From positions 268,336,001 through 268,400,000 of the forward strand of contig OZ024740.1 of assembly GCA_964016885.1 (NCBI GenBank): 64,000 nt of DNA, read 5' to 3'. The notes below the pieces were generated by a model, which made no database searches, was not told where the DNA came from, and was given only the letters and a program-made list of their open reading frames with translations. Positions 55,661-64,000 of this stretch are shown here, in pieces. Source of the DNA: Eledone cirrhosa. Its lineage: Eukaryota. Position numbers and translations under genes: made by a program. The stretch's first letter is position 1. The number at the start of each line of letters is the position of its first letter.

Positions 55661-56299
55661 ATGGTGTGGGAGTGTGTGTTTGTGCGTGTTATTTGAAGGC
55701 CTACTACCTTAAGGACTTATTTTATTGTTGGCACCATAAGTAATGTATCCTGACAAATTTATCATAGAATCTGGAATACGAAAAGTTCTGAATGACCTTT
55801 TAAATGAGGTGGCACTTTATTTAAATATAGATGAATTATTGTTGCTGATTTTAATTGCTCTGCATTGTAAACTAACATCTTTCCGAACGTATCCTTAGTG
55901 ATGTGGGCATGATAACTGACTGCAGAACTGAGAAAGTATGCAACAAATATAGTTATAGTGGATAATTCCAGGCAGATCCATTACTCTTTTTAAATATTAA
56001 GCTGAAATCTTTAGCCTAGATGCTATCAAAATCATAAAGGCTATTTCGAAAAGCATTAAAATTCCTGCATAAATGTTGAGTAAACTGTCTGTTATAATTT
56101 TAGCATTTTATTGTTCATTGAAAATATTGAGATCATAAGGTTTATTTCTTCTTACCCTTTTACAATTTCATACTAGTAATATATTATTTCTCATTATTCT
56201 TCTACTTTTAAAATTTCCTTGTTTTAAAGAGGCCACACATTCATAAAATGTATTGCATTCTATGTGTGCAATTATAGCTAATAATTAATAATAATAAAA

Positions 56300-57120
56300 G
56301 TTGTTCTACTTTAGGCACAGGTCAACCATTTTTTCGGAGGAAAAACTCGATTAAATCGACCCCAGTGCGTCACTGGTAATTTATTTTATCGACCACGTAA
56401 GGATGAAAGGCAAAGTTAACTAGAGCGGGATTTGAACTCAGAACGTAAAGAGCCATAACTATATACTGCAAAGCATGGTGTCTGACGCTCTACCGATACT
56501 GCCAATCCACCGCCCCATAATAATTGTTTCTACGTTAGGCACAAGGCCAGCAATTACCCAGTGCATTACTGGTTCTTTATTTTATCAAACCTGTAAGGAT
56601 GAAGGGCAAAGTTAACCTCGGCAGGATTTGAACTCAGAATGGCAAGGGCAGTAACTCTCTACAATAGATAGGCACAAGGCCACCAATTTGGTGGGAAGTG
56701 AAAATCGATTAAATCAATACCAGTGCATTGACTGATGTTTTATTTTATCGTTCCTGTAAGTATGAAAAGCAAAGCTAACTTCGGCGGGATTTGAACTTAG
56801 AATGTAAAAGGACGTAACTCTATGCTTCGAAGCATGGTGTCCGACGCCCTACCAATACTGCCAATCCGCTGCCCTACCGCCATATAATGATAATAATAAT
56901 TGTTTCTACTTTAGGCACAAGGCCAGCAATTTGATTCCGAGGGGAAAGTCGATTAAATCGATCCCAGTGCATGACGAGTTTTTATTCATCGACCCTGTAA
57001 GGATGGAAGGCAGGCAAAGCTAAATTCGGCGGGATTTGAACTCAGTACGTAAAGCAAGATAACTATATACCGTGAAACATGTTGTCCGTTGCTCTACCGA
57101 TATTGCCAATCCACCGTCCT
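56300..57120 (-). mobile_element. Cluster of about 4 family-1 SINEs
   Basis: Reverse-complement copies, head-to-tail. Confidence 0.88.
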
Positions 57121-57524
57121 ATTGTTATTATTATCATTGTTATTATTGGCAATCAGCTGAACCTGTGCCGTCAAAATGACAACTAATTGTAGTATTTTAT
57201 GTATAAAAAGAGTACAAAAGCAAGTTTTTAGTTTACTAATTCCTTTATGACAAACTTGGTGAAAAATACTATCCGCATCATAGATAACTAAGATAATATC
57301 TCGGTGTGCATATATATATATATATATTTATATGTATGAGTATATGAATATAAACACACAAACACAAATACACTCACACAAACACTTACACATCTTAAAA
57401 CGCTGATCGATGTTTTCTATAGTTTGTCACCACCGCCTTCCTTTCTCAGTTATCCCCCTTTCAGTGCGTGATGGACAAATATATAAATAAATATACACAC
57501 TAGCTATTATTATAGTTGACTGGC

Positions 57525-58693
57525 AATAAATGTAAAAGAGCGGACAAACTAGTTTGCAATGTTTAGTTACGAATTTTTACGTTCTGAATTAAAATCCCGT
57601 AGAGGTTAGCTTTGCCTTTCATCTTTACTGGGCCGATAAAGAAAGTACTAGTAACGTATTGGATTCGATTTAATCGGCTTTCCAATTCCCTTCAAATTGC
57701 TGGCCTTGTATCCAAAGTAGAAACAATTATTATTATAATCATAAGGGCTGTGGAATAGCAGAATAGGTAGAACGTCGAACACCCTGCTTCGTACACACAA
57801 CTTTCTACATGGTCGATAAAATAAAGTACCAGTAATGAACTGGGTAATTGCTGGCCTTGTGCCTAAAGTAGAAACAATTATTTTTATTGGTGAATTGGCA
57901 GTATCGGTAGAGGGTCGGACATGCTTTCCAGCATAGTTACGTCCCTTTACGATCTGAGTTCAAATCCTGCCGAGGTTTACTTTGCCTTTCATCCTTACGG
58001 GGTCGATAAAATAAAGTACCAGTAATGCACTGGATAATTGCTGGCCTTGTGCCTAAAATAGAAACAATTATTATTTATTAGGGCGGTGGATTGGCAGTAT
58101 CGGTAGAAGGTCGGACGCCATGTTTTGCAGCATAGAGTTACGACCCTGTATAATCTGAGTTCAAATGCCGCCGAGGTTACCTTTGCCTTTCATCCTTTCG
58201 GGGTCGATAAAATAAAGTACCAGTAATGCACTGGAGTCAATTTAATCGACTTTCCCCTCCCACCAAAATGATTGGCCTTGTGCCTATACAAGAAATCATA
58301 GAGGGTCGGACGCCATGCTTTCCAGCATAGTTACGTCCCTTTACGATCGAGTTCAAATCCCGCCGAGGTTGACTTTGCCTTTCATCCTTACGGGGGTCGA
58401 TAAAATAAAGTACCAGTAATGCACTGGGTAATTGCTGGCCTTGTGCCAAAAGTAGAAACAATTATTATTATTATGAATAAGGTGGTGGATTGACAGAATC
58501 AGTAGAGCGTAGTACAGCATGATTTACAGTATAGAGTTACGGTCCATTACATTCTGAGTTCAAATCCCGCCGAGGTTAGCTTTGCCTTTCATCCTTACGG
58601 GGGTCGATAAAATAAGGCATCAGTAATGCACTGGGGTCGATTTAATCGACTTTCCACCTCCCCCAAAATTGGTGGCCTTGTGCCGATAGTAGT

Positions 58694-58697
<4 letters not shown>
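57525..58697 (+). mobile_element. Cluster of about 6 family-1 SINEs
   Basis: Repeated consensus separated by (ATT)n tails and followed by (ATC)n. Confidence 0.9.
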
Positions 58698-58741
<44 letters not shown>

Positions 58742-59267
58742 ACATCATCATCATTGTCATTAATATAATCCTGATCATCCCCACCATCGCCATATTCATC
58801 ATCGTTCGTTGTAATTATTATGTTATCTCAATGCCAACCATCATTGACAAAATAACAGCGTCTAAAATTAGATATCTGCGAAACTTCAGGCAAGGTATTG
58901 GCAGCAGTCAGATTCGCTACTTGATATTCTGATATATATTAGGTTAAGGGGAATATGGAAATATAAATAACTTGTAATAGGTTGAGAAATGGAGAGAATA
59001 ATGAAAGAATATAACGCTGATGAAAGAAATGGTAAACTGGAACTGTAAATACTAAGAAACATGATTGTAGAACAACGCAGTAAAGATTACACGGGTATCA
59101 AACCCATACATACAATCTCTAATTTTAATAAGGCTCTGACGTAAGTTATTGAAATAAGAGAATAAGCGTGTCATTCCTCAACATCGTTATATGCATAAAT
59201 GCATGCATGCACATCAACATTAAATCACGCAAACTGCTTCACAAATGCACACGCCCATAAACGCAGA

Positions 59268-59640
<373 letters not shown>

Positions 59641-59759
59641 CTTCAAGAAACCACTGGTAAATGAAATAATTATCTTATGTTGTTTATTACATAACTAATA
59701 AGCTTTGTAGCCTACATAGAGCACTCTTTTTTCCTGTACCTTTCTGACCGAAATACTCC

Positions 59760-59800
<41 letters not shown>

Positions 59801-59840
59801 AAGTGTTAAAACAATCAAGTCTTAGTTTAATACATTTATT

Positions 59841-59887
59841 TGCTGACAACTGTTTCTTCCAGAGGGATGTCTGAAATCATCGGAGCA
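59841..59887 (-). ncRNA. Minimal hammerhead motif (C4 variant)
   Basis: Reverse complement: TGCT-CCGATGA-TTTCAGA/CATCCC/TCTGGAA-GAAA-CAGTTG-TC-AGCA, followed by AATAAA. Confidence 0.72.
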
Positions 59888-61209
59888 TAGGGAAATTTAT
59901 AAAGTTAAAACAACTTAATGGCTTATCAACAGCCTAATAACTATTAATGGAACTCGCACATAAAACAAACCCTAATATTCCTTAATAGAAAATAAGAAGA
60001 TAGGAATGCATAGTATAATATACTTACTATAACAACAAAGCCTGTACTTCAGTGGAATTTATCTTTACCAAACACATACCTATAAACTATACACATCTCA
60101 AAAAAATTACATCTCAAACTAAGAAAATTCCGGGGTTAATACATCTGAGTTACACCCAACATGTACATCTATATACGAACTCCAATTCTTGAATGAAAAT
60201 TACCTATCTAATTCAATCATGTGCTTTGCATTACATCTCAGATAACATATACCTATTTTATCACCACATGTCTCCCTACCATATAGCACACCATTTAAAA
60301 AAATTAAACATCTCTAACACTTGTAACATGCTTTTACATTCTACACGAAATATGCTTATTTCTTACCTGATACATGTAATATATCTCTTACCTCATACAT
60401 GCCTTATTGATTGTATTGACTCTTGCATTATATACCCTTAACATTACCTGATCTCCAATGCTATGATATCTTATGTCTATCCTATCTTACATTTTTATAT
60501 ATATATATATATTTGTATGTGGTTGACAGCTGAGAGAAAAGAAAGAATACTCAATACCGGAGTAGAGTTTTAATATTCATTTTATTAAGGATAAATAAGG
60601 AGTTTTGTTCCTGTGGAATTTCGTCTGTTTGTCACAGGCTCATCAAACAATCCTAATAATCGTCTTTTTCTCCCTGTTTTCATATATATATATTATGTTT
60701 GTCCCCAGTGCGTCCCATTTTTTAGGATCATATTTAGTATAGTCATAGCTACGCGGGCCCTTTAACGCACAAAAAAATAGACCTTTTGTATCTTACATAT
60801 CTAGGATCCACTCAACCTCTTTCGTTCGTTCCTCTGCCTGCCTGTCATTTCTCTTTGTATCCTTACGTAGGTCAATAGTTCAAATATATTTCTTAAATTT
60901 CTTTTTTTTTTTTTTTCTTTCTATTCTTCGCCTTTTGGTTAAGGTACCTCGTTTCTATCTTTCTTTTCAGTTCAAGCATCTCAGTTGTAGCTTTACTTTG
61001 TATTTTGTTATTATTATTTTTTTGTGTATTCGTCGAAAGACACAACTTCTGTGCTTCCCTGATGTGTTGCCTCCCAATGTTCACTGGAATAAATAGTATA
61101 TATCTTAATGCACTTAAACTATAGTGATTTCCAGAGGCTGGCTGATGAGATAGGACTCTTTGTTCACCATTTTCTTTGTCCCGTGCGCCTCCTAATACAT
61201 ACCATATAT

Positions 61210-61527
<318 letters not shown>

Positions 61528-61531
61528 AACA

Positions 61532-61589
<58 letters not shown>

Positions 61590-61595
61590 CATAAA

Positions 61596-61648
61596 GTTTT
61601 TCTCTGATGACCCTATGATAACTAGGCGAAACTCCAGAGTAACAAGAC
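61596..61648 (+). ncRNA. Decayed hammerhead motif
   Basis: CTGATGA-C-CCTA/TGATAAC/TAGG-C-GAAA-CTCCAGAG-TA. Mismatches in stem I and at the base of stem II. Lies between (AT)n tracts. Confidence 0.55.
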
Positions 61649-61670
61649 TCACTAGTCAGACTTAATATAA

Positions 61671-61724
<54 letters not shown>

Positions 61725-63917
61725 AAGAGAGAGAGAGAGTGAGAGCGGAAGAGAGAGAGAGAATGTGAGAGAGAGGTAACTTTAATATATATATTTTAAC
61801 ATAGGTTGGTCTTTTACATTTTCCGCCTACCAAATCCTGCTCACAATTCATTCGCCAACCCGAGGCTAAACTAGAATGCACTTTCTCAGCGTGTCACACG
61901 TCGAGACTGAATGCGGAACCAACAGGTTTTGTGACAAACTCCTTATCCACTCAGCCATATATTTCTGTCACTGAACATTATGCGACTTCATTATAAGCTG
62001 CCATTGATATTAATTCAAAGCAACAGACATTTATGAAAAGACACTGTTAGGTTTCGGCAGACCTGAAGTCAATATAAAAATAAAATGGAGGAAAATATAC
62101 TTACTGACTGCCAAGAACGAAAACACGTCAGATATAAGTCATTTGAAAAAGATATCCTGGACGAATACTACTACTAAGATTATATATGTTCTGGACTAAT
62201 ACATGGCAGAATGTCAGAATATATTATTGTAAACAGTAATATGTTTTCAGGAAAACAAGTGCTTTGAAACATTGTTGGCGTAATTGAAGGCTACCAAATC
62301 AAAGTGCAGAGAAAACTGATTGAAATAACGAATGCACATGACACTATACACTCACTCACGCAGCTTCCTCGAATCATCATCATTATCATCATCATCATCA
62401 TCATCAACATCATCATCATCATCGTCATCGTCATCTTCATTATTTGTGTCTTCCTCCTTATTCTCCTTTCATGGATGATAATGCATACACTACTTCATTT
62501 TCTCTATCAATTTTGAAATTTTGTGTTTCTGGATATTATCCTAGAATCTTGGTCAATGAATCCACAAAGAAATCGTGATCGGAACGGATTCCATTACATA
62601 ACTGGTTTACTGAAAGAAAGGCCTGTTATCAATTATTTTTCTTTGTTACCCTTATATATCGTTCTTTTAGATCTAATGAAATTGCACTGGAGTCTGAATA
62701 TATAAGTACTCTCGAGTCCTAAATAATGGGGCGTTGGGGGTTGGAAAATCCGCAAGTTTATAGGTTGTCTCCGTTGATATTTTAAAACCAGAATTAGTCA
62801 TATTGAGACCACAACCCCTCCTATTTATTCCGTAACGTATGTGATTTCTAGTAATGTACATTTCTTTGTCATGTATAATGTTTTTCAATGTCTAAAGAAA
62901 TTTAATTGTCGCAGGAATGCTACTACTTAAGATAAAATTTCACCGGAGATAGATTAGCAAAATTTAATAAGCGGTAGTGATGATGGTGGAAAAAAATCTG
63001 AAAAATTAATCAGACGATTATTCGTGACCTGAGAATTGTCATATGACGCGAAGAATAAATATATTGAAAATACATTTACTAATCCAATGCGTTATTTCAG
63101 AGAGATATGATAGAAAGACATAAAATAGTAAATGGAGATAATATAAGAAGCATATAAGTCGGCACTAGAATAAAAACAGGCAAACCAATAAATTATAGAA
63201 TTAGCGGATATTGTTAATCTGTCATGTAAGCCAAGTTCATTTTTCATTCGTTATGTATTAACCATCTTACGCAACTACTAAAAATGTTCAGGGTTAAAGG
63301 ATTTATTTGAAGCTGATAAGCAAGGAAGTTAAGTCCTTGATTGAAATATTGTGCAGTCATTTAAATACAGTGTGTGTAGACCGAATATTAGTGCTTGGAA
63401 TGTAACAGATACGGTAGTTTTATTATGGGTGGAGAAAGCAGTAAAATGAAATTGTATAAGCTACATGGTTTTTTCTTTACTATCGTAATTTTCTTTCTGC
63501 GATATTTGCAGTGATTTTAGATGTTATAGAGTTACTTCTTCATTGTCATTGTTGTTGTTGTTTTCACCCTCGTTGTTGTTGTTATTTATCTCCAAGTTAG
63601 CTTTAATCAAGTGGACATTTTATCAAATGTATAAAAGCATCCCGCTTTTAACTGCACTTGTACTAATACCCCATTTCATTTGAACTCCACCTTGACCGTG
63701 CTTAAAGTGTTGGCTCTATCTTCTACCACACTCAATCTTTGTTTACCTCGCAGCTAACTCAGACAAACAATCTATGTTAACCCCTCCTCTAATAAATATA
63801 AAATATGTATGAATACTTTCTACATAAATAATTTTGAATTTTTAAGAATATTTATATTTGTCTTCTGAGTGTGCAATCATTCGTCTAATACTTTCTGTCT
63901 TCCTCCTCTCATGGTCA

Positions 63918-64000
63918 CAGACCTGTCAAATACCCCCGCCCAACAGGAAGATCTTCCACTTACTTTGGGTGGGATGAGAGATGTCTTCTCTTGTGAATAT
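63918..64000. mobile_element. Left end of a MITE related to 10747-11226
   Basis: CAGACCTGTCAA...GAGAGATGTCTTCTCTTGTGAA aligns with 10747-10826. Confidence 0.6.

Noticed and set aside
59890-60490. Possible decayed PLE ORF upstream of the 59841 hammerhead
   Set aside because: I could not read GIY-YIG or RT motifs; a translated search is needed.

Overview
Eukaryotic (animal) genomic DNA, AT-rich and dominated by repeats. The very dense (AT)n/(GT)n/(TACA)n microsatellites and tRNA-derived SINE families suggest a cephalopod (octopus-like) genome; this is inference. I found no intact protein-coding gene, and most ORFs in the track are microsatellite translations. Recognisable elements are a decayed hAT transposon (ZMYM1-like transposase, 13.2-17.1 kb), a Penelope-like element (PLE) 3' end with a GIY-YIG domain (17.1-18.7 kb), an internally deleted Helitron with both termini (50.8-54.0 kb), RTE, L1/Tx1-like and R4-like LINE fragments, several MITEs, many SINEs and an 83-bp x 17 tandem array. 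The main signal is a set of short non-coding cassettes embedded in (AT)n tracts. They belong to several families, often form fold-back palindromes and carry minimal type I hammerhead ribozyme motifs. These motifs show compensatory variation: a U3-A8 core swap in three motifs, pairing-preserving stem changes, and seven different self-complementary stem III sequences. They are probably PLE pLTR-derived, microsatellite-targeting non-autonomous elements. There is also one candidate 24-nt microexon (41425-41448). All folds and alignments were done by eye.
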